A stretch of DNA of 63,111 nt, counting the filler, from Reclinomonas americana ATCC 50394 (lineage: Eukaryota): assembly GCA_048213135.1 (NCBI GenBank). It is 5 parts of 2 records of this genome, joined end to end, with 100 filler letters (N's around TTAATTAATTAA, not from the genome) between each part and the next. Parts side by side here need not be neighbours in the genome. Positions count along the whole stretch, not along the records: positions 1 to 20,703 come from PS015021.1; 4 more parts are not named here. One strand, written 5' to 3'. Position 1 is the first letter of the stretch, and each line of letters begins with the position of its first letter. The notes beneath the pieces are model-generated. The model did no database searches, was not told the origin of the DNA, and worked only from the letters and a program-made list of their open reading frames with translations. Below are positions 1-13,500 of this stretch, piece after piece. The position numbers and the translations under genes were made by a program.

Positions 1-1437
1 TTTCGCACGACGTCTGCAGGCCAGCCAGACCCACACACACCGGCTTGTCGTTGGCGCACGCCGTCTTCACCGTCGCACCATTCACGCAAGTCAGCACGCT
101 CATCTGATCCGCCGCGCAAATCGACTGGCCCGCCGTCAGCGAGCACCGACTGCAGTCCGATCCGAAGAAGCCAGTCGCGCATCGCGGTGTGGCACCCGGT
201 CGCGCACGACCAATCGCCACCCACGTCACGTACGTCTCGTTGCTGGCACCCGGATCGGCCGTCTGGTACGTGAACCCGGTGACATACGTGTCGTTGTTGA
301 TGACAGCCGTGGTCAGCTGCACCGAGCTGTTCAGCACTTGGTGCTGGATCGACTGCGCGGCCGGCGACTTCCAGCCACGCAGGAACAGCTGCACCGTCAC
401 GGTGCTGGCCAGAAGTCCGTTCGGCGTGTCATGCGACACGAGATTGACGGTGGCGGTCAGCGACTGGCTGGTGTGCGTCGTCTCTGCGAGGGNNNNNNNN
501 NNNNNNNNNNNNNNNNNNNNNNNNNNNNNNNNNNNNNNNNNNNNNNNNNNNNNNNNNNNNNNNNNNNNNNNNNNNNNNNNNNNNNNNNNNNNNNNNNNNN
601 NNNNNNNNNNNNNNNNNNNNNNNNNNNNNNNNNNNNNNNNNNNNNNNNNNNNNNNNNNNNNNNNNNNNNNNNNNNNNNNNNNNNNNNNNNNNNNNNNNNN
701 NNNNNNNNNNNNNNNNNNNNNNNNNNNNNNNNNNNNNNNNNNNNNNNNNNNNNNNNNNNNNNNNNNNNNNNNNNNNNNNNNNNNNNNNNNNNNNNNNNNN
801 NNNNNNNNNNNNNNNNNNNNNNNNNNNNNNNNNNNNNNNNNNNNNNNNNNNNNNNNNNNNNNNNNNNNNNNNNNNNNNNNNNNNNNNNNNNNNNNNNNNN
901 NNNNNNNNNNNNNNNNNNNNNNNNNNNNNNNNNNNNNNNNNNNNNNNNNNNNNNNNNNNNNNNNNNNNNNNNNNNNNNNNNNNNNNNNNNNNNNNNNNNN
1001 NNNNNNNNNNNNNNNNNNNNNNNNNNNNNNNNNNNNNNNNNNNNNNNNNNNNNNNNNNNNNNNNNNNNNNNNNNNNNNNNNNNNNNNNNNNNNNNNNNNN
1101 NNNNNNNNNNNNNNNNNNNNNNNNNNNNNNNNNNNNNNNNNNNNNNNNNNNNNNNNNNNNNNNNNNNNNNNNNNNNNNNNNNNNNNNNNNNNNNNNNNNN
1201 NNNNNNNNNNNNNNNNNNNNNNNNNNNNNNNNNNNNNNNNNNNNNNNNNNNNNNNNNNNNNNNNNNNNNNNNNNNNNNNNNNNNNNNNNNNNNNNNNNNN
1301 NNNNNNNNNNNNNNNNNNNNNNNNNNNNNNNNNNNNNNNNNNNNNNNNNNNNNNNNNNNNNNNNNNNNNNNNNNNNNNNNNNNNNNNNNNNTGCACAAAA
1401 GGAGAAGGACACAAACATGTATAAAATGCAAACAGAC

Positions 1438-1479
<42 letters not shown>

Positions 1480-4101
1480 GAAACACGCAGACAGAAAGAT
1501 GGTAATTACATCATCTGTGAGTATCAGCTCATTTCTTTCACCAGCAACGCGGGCAGTGCACAAACTCACCACCAGAGCGCATCACAAATCCACTCAAGTT
1601 GGTGGCGTCCTCACGCGCCGGTGCAACAATCACACGAGCCACAATGCTCTCAACCAGCGAGTTGCCGGCGACAGTGCCTTGCACGTTGGCATTGAAGCGC
1701 GAAGTGGAGCCGATCGACAGTGAAAAGTTGTCACCGTGAATGTCGGCAGATGAGCCGTGAGAGGCCTTGCGGAACGTGTGCACACCGAGCAGGGCAGTGG
1801 TGTAGGTCGGCACCGTGGCGAAGGGGTACACGGCGGAGACGCTGCGTGGCTGGAGGGGGAAAGAAGGAGAGTGAGAAGAGAGAGATGGGGGAGAAGGGAT
1901 AGCGAAGGAGAGAGAGAGACAGAAAAGAGAGAGAGAGAAGAGAGAGACGACAGAGAATGGAGAGAAGGGAGAGATAAGCACGAGAAGTGTGAGGGGGAAA
2001 CGAGATAGAAGGGAGAGAATTGAGAGAAGAGAGTGAGAAGCAAGAGACGTGAATGAGAAGTGAGAGCAGCGAGTGAAGAAAGAGGGAGAAGATAGAAAAG
2101 CAAGAGAATTGAGAGAAAAAGGTGACATGAACGATCAAAAAAGAGAAAGAGAGCTCTCGCAACAATGAAGGGCAGGGGAGGGTTGGACGAACCGACTTGG
2201 CAATGCGGTCGGCAGACTTGGCAGACACCCACGCCTTGTCGGTCAACGACAGCTGAGTGTCCAAGCTGAACGCGTACGTGTGGTGCACGTAGTACGCCAG
2301 ATACGCTGCGCGAGCGGAGGTAAACAGGCCGTCTCAACAAAACACTGTCTTTCGTGACAGTGCACGCAACTCAAAGTAAACGTGGGCGCGGGAGCACCAG
2401 CGGCGGTGATGACAGTGCACGCGGTGGTCAACGACTGCGTGGTGATGGTCGGCTCCGAGCAGTGAATGGCGGTGTCGCTGGCCGATGTGCCGCCGCTGAA
2501 GCTGTTGTCGTACTGCGTCAGTCCGAGCAACACACGCGGACGACGGTAGAAGCTGCGCGAGAAGGTGAACGGCACAGTGGTGCGGCTGGTGGTGGTCGAC
2601 AGCACGTGCGCGTGAGTCGACGGGCTCGGCGCCGCAGAGTTCACGCTGATGGTCTGGCTTGGAATCTGGCCGGCTTGCACGTCGAACCCCGACGTCAGCT
2701 TCTCGCCGGAATCGACGTACGCCCCGTTGTTGATGGCCACACACAAGCGCAGCGCAGTGCCGCCGGCAACGCCATTGGGTGTCACCGACATGCGGAAGCG
2801 ACTGCAACCGAATGGCGATCCGCAGCCACTGGGACCAAGAGACGAGGCACTGGCACCAGCACCGCCGGCGACGGTGTCGTAAACGGCGGTGGCGCTGCAG
2901 TCCTGATCAATGTTGACGACCTTGAAGCTGGTGCAGCTGGTGAAGCCGAGCGATGGCGAGCCAATGTACACGTTGTTGGGCTTGCCGAACTCGAGGACCG
3001 GCGGGTTGACAAACGACACCGTCGGGGCGGAGGTGTCAGTGATGACGATACGAGCGCCGGAAACTGGAGCCATGTTTCCCTCTTGGAATCTGTACGACAG
3101 CGAGGTGAGACCGTTGAATAGTGAAGGATGCTTCAAGCAACACAGAGCACGCACTTGCCACACAAATAGTACACGCCGGGAGTGGCGAGCACACACGACC
3201 CGAGAGCCGATGCGCCGAGAGCGCCCTGTTTGAAGCCAGAACCAGTGGAGATGTTGAAGACAAGACGATGCGGACTCCGACCCAAGGGAAGCAACGCGGC
3301 ACTGGTGTTGGCCGGAGTGTTGCCAGAGCAGTCGGGAGCATCGTTGAGCGCGAACGACGCGCCAGGATTTCCGCTGCCGGTGACGGGGAAGTGATTGCCG
3401 GACACGGTGATGGCGGACGACGAGAGGCCGGTGACGAGTTGGATGTCGGACGCCGGTGTGACAGTATCTGCGCCGCAATAACGCTGAAAGTGAGAAGGTG
3501 ACGAGGAGTTGTAGCTGCAGACGTGGAATGCACCAAAACGTAACAGATGGACAAGTTGGCCACATCGCGCAGCTTGGCGACAGTGCCGGCACCGTCATCG
3601 TCGACACAGATAAAGTAGTCACCACCGGTGGGGTCGGCAGTGGAGTCCATATTAAGGTACACATCGGGGCCAAAAGAACCACCGCCAAAGGTACCAGTAA
3701 CCACCGTCGGTGCCGGCACGGTGCAACCCGCATCGCGGTACACGCCAGCTGTCGACACCTGGAAGTCGAAGCCGTCACCAGCGGGGAGAGTGAAGTGCAA
3801 AGTGACGCCATTGATGTTGGCCGCGAGGCCCACAGTCGGGGGCGACCAGACTGCACAAAGAAAGGGAAAGGCGCGAAAAGTGAATGAATGATGAATGCAA
3901 CGGTCATTCACACGAAATGCGTGCATTGCAAACACTGAGTGTGCGTGGTTTTGCGTGTGTGCGAGTGGGACGTGCGAACAAAAAACAAACAACACCACAC
4001 GCACGTGCATTCGCAGAGGTGGCGCAGAGGGTGAGGGCGATGACCACAATCGCCACGATGGAGAGAGGCGCAGTGACCCGACGACGAGGCACAGTCGTCA
4101 T
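1..4101 (-). CDS. Secreted surface protein, tandem paralog A (3' end runs off the window; N gap 493-1391 lies in an intron)
   Basis: ATG at 4101 then signal-peptide-like MTTVPRRRVTAPLSIVAIVVIALTLCATSANA. Six GT-AG introns at the same positions as paralogs B and C. Exons are nearly identical to paralog B in the lectin-like and Cys-rich regions (1-490 matches 6279-6760). Confidence 0.8.
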
Positions 4102-5367
4102 CGTGAGCGTGTGTGTGCGTGACAACAGAGGTATGGAGGACAGGAGAGAGTAGAGCGGTAAACTCGGAAGGTTCGCGCACAAGGAAAACAAAAACAAAAA
4201 CGAAACCAAAATCACACCGTTGCAATCCTGACGGCCGCCGCCAAATGAGTTTCGCGCGCGTTCCCCTGCTAGCTGCGATCGAATCTGTCACGATCGCACA
4301 GACAGATAGCAGATGCTGCTCGGCCTGCCACTCTGCAGCTGATGCAGGCGAAGATTACCTCATGCGCGGGATGCCTGGAGTTTCCCGCGTCCGCCCTGAG
4401 AGGACGAGCAGAGTGATGATGAACAGAGAAACGAAAGAATGCGGGGAAAAGAGAGGGAGGGTTGAAGCAAGGAGAGGGAGAGAGAGGAGAGAAACACAGA
4501 AACAAAGCCGCTTGACTGGCGTGCTCGTGTTGACGGAGGGTTGGACTTGGTCCAAGACAGACAACGCTGCGATATCAAGAATGTCTGTCAAAAGAAGGAA
4601 AGAAACACATACAAGCTGCGATCTGCATGCAACTGTTGGAGGCGGGTGAGGATGAAGTGTAAAGAAGGAGAGTGCGAGAGAACGATGGAGACCACTGCAC
4701 AAGGGATAAGAGGAAAGCGAGGTGCACAGACCATTGCCGAGAAAAACTGATCACACTGACGCTTCTTGTCAGTGACCCGTTGCTCCTGAGGAGAGATAGG
4801 CCTTGTGAGAGTGAGACTGACAGTGAGTGAGGGCGGGAGACAAAGAAGGAAGGAAAAGAAGAGAGGAGCAGAGGACAGAGAATGAGACAGTGCTTGTGGG
4901 AGGAAAAAGGGAAAGAGTGTTTGAGAGTACACGGGGAAAGAGTGATTGAGAGTATCAGTAACAAGAGAACGAGGCAGACAGATAGACAGACAGACAGAGA
5001 GAGAGAGAGAGAGAGAGTATAAGAGAGAACATGAACGTGCGAATGTGCTGCACGTGACCCGAAGCCACATTCTTCCGTCCTCTCTCTCTCTTCTCTCTCT
5101 GTGTGCTCTCACCAGATCCTTCATGCAGCCCGAGTGGCACTGGTAACACGCCAACTCGCTCACTCACTCACACATCGCACTCTCGACCTGCAGGTCAGAA
5201 GAATACGAGTTGTCATGTTGTCCTTTGTTCCGACTGTCTTCTCAACAGCACAGACGGTGATCTTGCAGTACACGCACTCCGTGTTGCGGGCGAGTTGGTT
5301 TCAATCGAGGGGAAGCACAGTTTCATTGTCTGTGGTGGTTCGCAAGAACTCTTTCTTTTTCTCTCTC

Positions 5368-8300
5368 TCACGGCGCCGGCAACAAGCACTGCAGGCTCTT
5401 GAAAATGGTGCACTGGCCACTAACTTGGCACGCCGTCACCACGCGAGAATCGTCGCTGGCGTCAATAAAGTACCACTGGCCGCTGATGCCAGTTGCGTAC
5501 CAGTTGACGCCACCGTCGGCGGAGACGTAGATGCCAGTGTACGAAGGCGCAAAGGAGCGCAAATCGCTGTAGACCACAGTCGAAACGTTGGCGTTGCTCG
5601 GGTTGAAGGAGCTGGGTGTCCACGTCGCACCACTGTCGGTCGAGACGGTGATGGCGGCGCCGTTTGTGTAGTCCACCGACACCAAGCGACTGCCGTCAGC
5701 GCCACCGTCAAGTGACAGGATGAAGTTGTCGGAGATCTTGGTCCACGTCGCCCCGGCATCGGTCGTCGTGTACACGCCACCGTCAGTACCGGTCAAGATC
5801 TTTGTGCCATCAGCTGACACGAAAATGACTTCGGCGTACTGGGAATCAGGGCGAGCGACAGTGGACCAGGTGGCGCCGCCGTCGGCACTCACGGTGATAT
5901 CACCCGAGCCGAAAAGCACACCAATCACCGATCCGTTACCGCTCACTGCGACCTGCCGCGGCGTCGTCCCGTTGGTGTAGCTGGCAAAGGTCCACGTGGC
6001 ACCACCGTCAGTGGAGATGTAGGTGCCGACGCTGTCCGTCTGAAAACTGAACACCATCATCGTCGAGCCGTCGTTGCTGATTGCAGGCGAACCAAAAGAA
6101 ACAGCGGCATTCACAACCGTCGAGGAAGTCCACGTGGCGCCGGCATCGGTGCTGGTGTACACGTTGAGGTTGTCGGTGAACAGCATGGTCTGTCCATCGC
6201 CGCTGACAGCAATGCCTGAAGCGCCTCCAGCCGCATTCACTCCAGCCGGAGAGACGTTGGTCACGAGGCAAGTGGCCTCGCACGACGTCTGCAGGCCAGC
6301 CAGACCCACACACACCGGCTTGTCGTTGGCGCACGCCGTCTTCACCGTCGCACCATTCACGCACGTCAGCACGCTCATCTGATCTGCCGCGCACACCGAC
6401 TGGCCCGCCGTCAGCGAGCACCGACTGCAGTCCGATCCGAAGAAGCCAGTTGCGCATCGCGGTGTGGCACCCGGTCGCGCACGACCAATCGCCACCCACG
6501 TCACGTACGTCTCGTTGCTGGCACCCGGATCGGCCGTCTGATACGTGAACCCGGTGACATACGTGTCGTTGTTGATGACAGCCGTGGTCAGCTGCACCGA
6601 GCTGTTCAGCACTTGATGCTGGATCGACTGCGCGGCAGGCGACTTCCAGCCGCGCAGGAACAGCTGCACTGTCACGGTGCTGGCCAGCAGTCCGTTCGGC
6701 GTGTCATGCGACACGAGATTGATGGTGGCGGTCAGCGACTGGCTGGTGTGCGTCGTCTCTGTCAAGGGCACGGATGATACAGGAACGTGAGGATCAACTC
6801 TATACAGCGGGGGATGTGCGAAAAACTCACCGCCTGAGCGCATCACGAATCCACTCAAGTTGGTGGCGTCCTCACGCGCCGGCGCGACAATCACGCGAGC
6901 CACAATGCTCTCAACCAGCGAGTTGCCGGCGACGGTGCCTTGCACGTTGGCGTTGAAGCGCGACGTGGAGCCGATCGACAGCGAAAAGTTGTCACCGTGA
7001 ATGTCGGCAGACGAGCCGTGAGAGGCCTTGCGGAACGTGTGCACACCGAGCAGGGCAGTGGTGTAGGTCGGCACCGTGGCGAATGGGTACACGGCTGAGA
7101 CGCTGCGTGGCTGGAAGGAGCAAGAGGCGAGTGAGACGAGAGAAGGGAGAAAGAGGAGAGAGAGAGAGAGAAGTGAGAGAAGGCAGAGAAGGAGAGAAGA
7201 GAGTAAGAGCAGCGAGTGAAGAAAGAGAGAGAGAGAGAAGATAGAAGAGCAAGAGAAGTGAGAGAAAGAGGTGGCATGAACGATACAAAAAAGAGAAAGA
7301 GAGCTCGGGCAACAATGACGAAGGGCAGGTGAGGGTTGGACGAACCGACTTGGCAATGCGATCGGCAGACTTGGCAGACACCCACGCCCTGTCAGTCAGC
7401 GACAGCTGAGTGTCCAAGCTGAATGCGTACGTGTGGTGCACGTAGTACGCCAGATACGCTGCGCGAGAACACAACAGCATGAGCAGGCATTCACAGCAGC
7501 AGCAGCACACTCAAAAGTGTCTTTCTTGACCGTGAGCACACACACGCAACTCAAAGAAAACGCGGGCGCGGGAGCACCAGCGGCGGTGATGACAGTGCAC
7601 GCAGTGGTCAACGACTGCGTGGTGATGGTCGGCTCCGAGCAGTGAATGGCAGTGTCGCTGGCCGACGTGCCGCCGCTGAAGCTGTTGTCGTACTGCGTCA
7701 GTCCGAGCAACACGCGCGGACGCCGGTAGAAGCTGCGCGAGAAGGTGAACGGCACAGTGGTGCGGCTGGTGGTCGTCGACAGCACGTGCACGTGAGTCGA
7801 CGGGCTCGGCGCCGCAGAGTTCACGCTGATGCTCTGGCTCGGAATCTGGCCGGCTTGCACATCGAACCCCGACGTCAGCTTCTCGCCGGAATCGACGTAC
7901 GCCCCGTTGTTGATGGCCACACACAAGCGCAGTGCAGTGCCGCCGGCAACGGCGTTGGGTGCCACCGACATGCGGAAGCGACTGCAACCGAATGGCGATC
8001 CGCAGCCACTGGGACCGAGCGACGAGGCACTGGCACCAGCACCGCCGGCGACGGTGTCGTAAACGGCGGTGGCGCTGCAGTCCTGATCAATGTTGACGAC
8101 CTTGAAGCTGGTGCAGCTGGTGAAGCCGAGCGACGGCGAGCCAATGTACACATTGTTGGGCTTGCCGAACTCGATGACTGGCGGGTTGACGAATGACACC
8201 GTCGGGGCGGAGGTGTCGGTGATGACGATGCGAGCGCCGGAAACTGGAGCAGCGTTGCCCTCCTGGAAACTGCAATACATGCCATAGGGCAGGTAAGCGA

Positions 8301-9280
8301 AGGAGTACGACGAACAGAGGAGGACATCTGTTGCACGCAGCACATTATACGTACATGCCACACAGGTAGTACACGCCAGGAGTGGCGAGCACGCAAGTAC
8401 CGAGTGCCAACGCGCCGAGAGCGCCCTGCTTGAAGCCAGAGCCGGTGGAGATGTTGAAGACAAGACTGCGCGAGCTCTGACCCAGAGGCAGCAACGCGGC
8501 ACTGGTGTTGGCGGGAGTGTTGCCAGAGCAGTCGGGAGCATCGTTGAGCGCGAACGACGCGCCAGGATTTCCGCTGCCGGTGACGGGGAAGTGATTGCCG
8601 GACACGGTGATTGCAGATGACGAGAGGCCGGTGATCAGTTGGATGTCGGACATTGGCGTGACGGAGTCTGCATCGCAATCACCAAAGAGAGTAAGAAGAC
8701 AGGCATCGACGAGTGGTTGCATAACTGGAGTGCACCAAAACGTAACAGATGGACAAGTTGGCCACAACGCGCAGCTTGGCGACAGTGCCGGCACCGTCAT
8801 CGTCGACACAGATAAAGTAGTCACCGCCGGTGGGGTCGGCAGTGGAGTCCACATCAAGGTACACATCGGGACCAGACGAACCACCGCCAAAGGTACCGGT
8901 AACCACCGTCGGCGACGGCACGGTGCAACCCGCATCGCGATACACGCCAGCTGTCGACACCTGGTAGTCAAAGCCATCACCAGCGGGACTAGTGAAGTGC
9001 AAACTGACGCCGTTGATGTTGGCCGCGAGGCCCACCGTCGGGGGCGACCAGACTGCACAAAGGGAAAGGCGCGAAAAATGGTAGGCGCGAAAAGTGAATG
9101 CAACGGTCACCACACAAATGCGTGCTCGTCAACACTGAGAGCGCGTGGTTTTCGTGTGCGCAGTGCAGCAAATCACGCACCAGCATTCACACAGGTGGCG
9201 CAGAGAGAGAGGGCGATGACCACAATCACCACGGTGGAGAGAGGCGCAGTGACCCGACGGCGAGTGACAGGCGTCATCAT
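5368..9280 (-). CDS. Secreted surface protein, tandem paralog B (complete, 7 exons): signal peptide, beta-rich N-terminal domains, H-type-lectin-like repeats, EGF/laminin-like Cys-rich linker, C-terminal BNR/Asp-box beta-propeller
   Basis: ATG 9280, TGA 5368-5370, six frame-consistent GT-AG introns. Motifs: VPFTFSRSFYRRPRVLLGLTQYD and YVTWVAIG (H-lectin-like), CATGFFGSDCSRC (EGF/laminin-like), and repeated S-x-D-x-G-x-T-W Asp boxes. Domain names are from motif recognition, not an HMM search. Confidence 0.85.
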
Positions 9281-10126
9281 GAGTGTGTGTGAGAGCAGAG
9301 GAGTGGAGGGGCGCAAGGCTGCTAACGGGGCTGGGAGACAATAAGAGAGAGGTCGAGTGTGTCCGGGTAGCAAACTCGAACAAGCTCGGCGCGCAACAGG
9401 AGGAAAACAAAAAATGATTGGTGACCGTTGCGTGGTTTTCGCGCGCGACACTGCGAATCTGATCACACAGGCAATAGTCGCTGCCCCTGCTGCTGCGCCT
9501 CTCTGCAGCTGATGCTGGGGACGATCACCTCTTGTTGAAATGCTGGGGGTTTCCTGCGTCCGCCCTGAGAGTTGCACAGTGAATTGCAGCAACACGTCGG
9601 TGATGGTGAACGGATAGGAAGACGAGGAAGGAGAGGGAGGTTGAAGGCAACGGAGGGGAGGGAAGGAGAGGGAGAGAGAAAGGGAGAGGAGAGAAACACA
9701 GACAAGACTGGTGTACATGTGTTTGTGTTAGACTTGGTCAGTGAGGCAGCTGTTGCGTGCATCTGGGTGTTGTTGTTGTTGCGATGTGAAAGAGAGAGAG
9801 AGAGAAAGAAGTGAAGAATGAGAGACATGCATGCAGGCAGGATGCGACCTGCATGCAACTGTTGGAGGCGAGTGAGGACGAAGAGAATGACAAGGAGAGT
9901 GCGAAAGAAAGATGGAGACCACATGAACAAGGAAGAGAGCAGAGGTGCACCAACCTTGTCAAGAAGAACTGATCACACTTCTAGTCCATGACCTGTTGCT
10001 TCTGAGGAGACGTGGACCTGGTGAGATTGAGACTGATGACAGTGAGTGAGGGTGAGAGACAAGGAAGGGGAGTGAGAAGAGACGAGGAGAGTGTAAGATA
10101 GATAGTGATTGTGGAATCAGGGAAAG

Positions 10127-10164
<38 letters not shown>

Positions 10165-10549
10165 ATGAGAGAGAGAATGCGCAGGTGAGGGAGAAGAAGG
10201 CCTGAAGCCACATTCTTCCGTCTTCCCTCTCTGTGTGCTCTCACCAGATCCTTCATGCCGCTTGAGCGACAATGGCAGCACACATCATCGTTTCCACACT
10301 CACTCGCAACCTCATCTGGACGAGAAGAAAGAGTTGTCATGTTGTCCTTCATTCCGACTGTCTTCTCAACAGCACAGACGGTGATCTTGCAGTACATCCG
10401 CACTCCGCGTTGCGGGCGAGTTGGTTTCAATCGAAGGGAAGCACAGTTTCATTGTCTGTGGTGGTTCGCAACATTTCTTTCTTTCTTTCTCTTTCTCTCT
10501 CTCACTTGTAACATTCGCCACTCCGCCTCGTCTCGCCGCGGCCGCACCC

Positions 10550-13500
10550 TCAAGCCGGCGGCGGCGTCAGGCACAGCAGGCTCTTGAAAATAGTGCACTG
10601 GCCACCGTTCTGGCACGCCACCACCACACGAGAGTCGTCGCTGGCATCGACAGAGACCCAGTCGCCTCGCACGAGACTCTCGTACCAGGTGACACCGACG
10701 TCGGTGGAGACAAAGAGCTGACCCGAATTGCCGCTTCCTGCCGCAAAGGAGCGTGTGTTGTTGTATGATATCTGCGCAATGGAGCTGCCGGCAACGGTGA
10801 ACACGGTGATGGTGCGGATCCATGTGACACCACCGTCGGTTGAGCGGTGCAAGCCCAAGAATGGGCTTGTCGCTAACAATTTGCTGCCATCGCCGTGACC
10901 GTCAATCGACGTGAAGAAGATGTTGGAGGTCTTGGTCCACGTTGCCCCGGTGTCCGACGATACGTAGACACCGTTCGTGCAGACTACAAAAATCTTCATG
11001 CCGTTCGCTGACACAAAAAGGTCTCGGACGGCCTGACTACCTGGGCGGAAAATCGCAGCCCAAGTGCTGCCGCCGTCCGCACTCACAGTCATATTGCCGG
11101 TAGCCAGCGCTACGGCGATTACCGAACCGTTACCGCTCACCGACACTCGAGTGACCGTTCCTCCTCCGCTGTTGAAGTTGGCAAGAACCCATGTGTCACC
11201 GCCATTCGTGGAGTAGTAGGTGCCGATGCTGTCAGCGTGCGTGCTGGACACAAGCAGCATCGACCCGTCGTTGCTCACAACAGGGTTACGGAACGAAACG
11301 GCAGCATTGCTGACAACCGTCGCAGCCGTCCACGTGCCACCGGCATTGCTGCTAACGTACACGTTGGCACTGTCGGCGTACAACATGGTCTGTCCGTCGC
11401 CGCTGACAGAAATCTCCGTCTTTCCTCCAGCGGCATTCACGCCGGCCGGAGACACGACGGTCGGGAAGCAGGTGCNNNNNNNNNNNNNNNNNNNNNNNNN
11501 NNNNNNNNNNNNNNNNNNNNNNNNNNNNNNNNNNNNNNNNNNNNNNNNNNNNNNNNNNNNNNNNNNNNNNNNNNNNNNNNNNNNNNNNNNNNNNNNNNNN
11601 NNNNNNNNNNNNNNNNNNNNNNNNNNNNNNNNNNNNNNNNNNNNNNNNNNNNNNNNNNNNNNNNNNNNNNNNNNNNNNNNNNNNNNNNNNNNNNNNNNNN
11701 NNNNNNNNNNNNNNNNNNNNNNNNNNNNNNNNNNNNNNNNNNNNNNNNNNNNNNNNNNNNNNNNNNNNNNNNNNNNNNNNNNNNNNNNNNNNNNNNNNNN
11801 NNNNNNNNNNNNNNNNNNNNNNNNNNNNNNNNNNNNNNNNNNNNNNNNNNNNNNNNNNNNNNNNNNNNNNNNNNNNNNNNNNNNNNNNNNNNNNNNNNNN
11901 NNNNNNNNNNNNNNNNNNNNNNNNNNNNNNNNNNNNNNNNNNNNNNNNNNNNNNNNNNNNNNNNNNNNNNNNNNNNNNNNNNNNNNCACAAAAGGAGAAG
12001 GACACACACATGTACAAAATGCAAACAGAGAGAGACAGAGACACACACACACACACACAGAGAGAGAGACGAAACACGCAGACAGAAAGATGGTAATTAC
12101 ATCATCTGTGAGTATCAGCTCATTTTTTCACCAGCAACGCGGGCAGTGCACAAACTCACCGCCTGAGCGCATCACAAATCCACTCAAGTTGGTGGCGTCC
12201 TCACGCGCCGGCGCGACAACCACGCGAGCCACAATGCTCTCAACCAGCGAGTTGCCGGCGACAGTGCCTTGCACGTTGGCGTTGAAACGCGAAGTGGAGC
12301 CGATCGACAGCGAAAAATTGTCACCGTGAATGTCGGCAGACGAGCCGTGAAAAGCCTTGCGGAACGTGTGCACACCGAGCAGGGCAGTGGTGTAGGTCGG
12401 CACCGTGGCGAAGGGGTACACAGCGGAGACGCTGCGTGGCTGGAGGGAGAAAGAGGACAATGAGGAGAGAGAGAAGGGGGAGAAGGGATAGATAAGCACG
12501 AGAAGGCAGAGAAGTGAGAGAAGAGAGTGAGAGCAGCGAGTGAATAAAGAGAGAGAGCGAGAAGATAGAAGAGCAAGAGAAATGAGAGAAAGAGGTGGCA
12601 TGAACGATCAAAAAACGAGAAAGAGAGTATGGCAACAATGAAGGGCAGGAGAGGGTTGGACGAACCGACTTGGCAGTGCGATCGGCAGACTTGGCAGACA
12701 CCCACGCCCTGTCAGTCAGCGACAGCTGAGTGTCCAAGCTGAATGCGTACGTGTGGTGCACGTAGTACGCCAGATACGCTGCGCGAGAGAACAACAGCAT
12801 GAGCAGGCATTCACAGCAGCAGCAGCACACTCAAATGTGACTTTCTTGACCGTGAGCACACACACGCAACTCAAAGAAAACGTGGGCGCGGGAGCACCAG
12901 CGGCGGTGATGACAGTGCACGCGGTGGTCAACGACTGCGTGGTGATGGTCGGCTCCGAGCAGTGAATGGCGGTGTCGCTGGCCGATGTGCCGCCGCTGAA
13001 GCTGTTGTCGTACTGCGTCAGTCCGAGCAACACACGCGGACGACGGTAGAAGCTGCGCGAGAAGGTGAACGGCACAGTGGTGCGGCTGGTGGTGGTCGAC
13101 AGCACGTGCGCATGAGTCGACGGGCTCGGCGCCGCAGAGTTCACACTGATGGTCTGGCTCGGAATCTGGCCGGCTTGCACATCGAACCCTGACGTCAGCT
13201 TCTCGCCGGAATCGACATAGGCTCCGTTGTTGATGGCCACACACAAGCGCAGCGCAGTGCCGCCAGTGACGCCATTGGGTGTCACCGACATGCGGAAGCG
13301 ACTGCAACCGAATGGCGATCCGCAGCCACTGGGACCAAGAGACGAGGCACTGGCACCAGCACCGCCGGCGACGGTGTCGTAAACGGCGGTGGCGCTGCAG
13401 TCCTGATCAATGTTGACGACCTTGAAGCTGGTGCAGCTGGTGAAGCCGAGCGATGGCGAGCCAATGTACACGTTGTTGGGCTTGCCGAACTCGAGGACCG

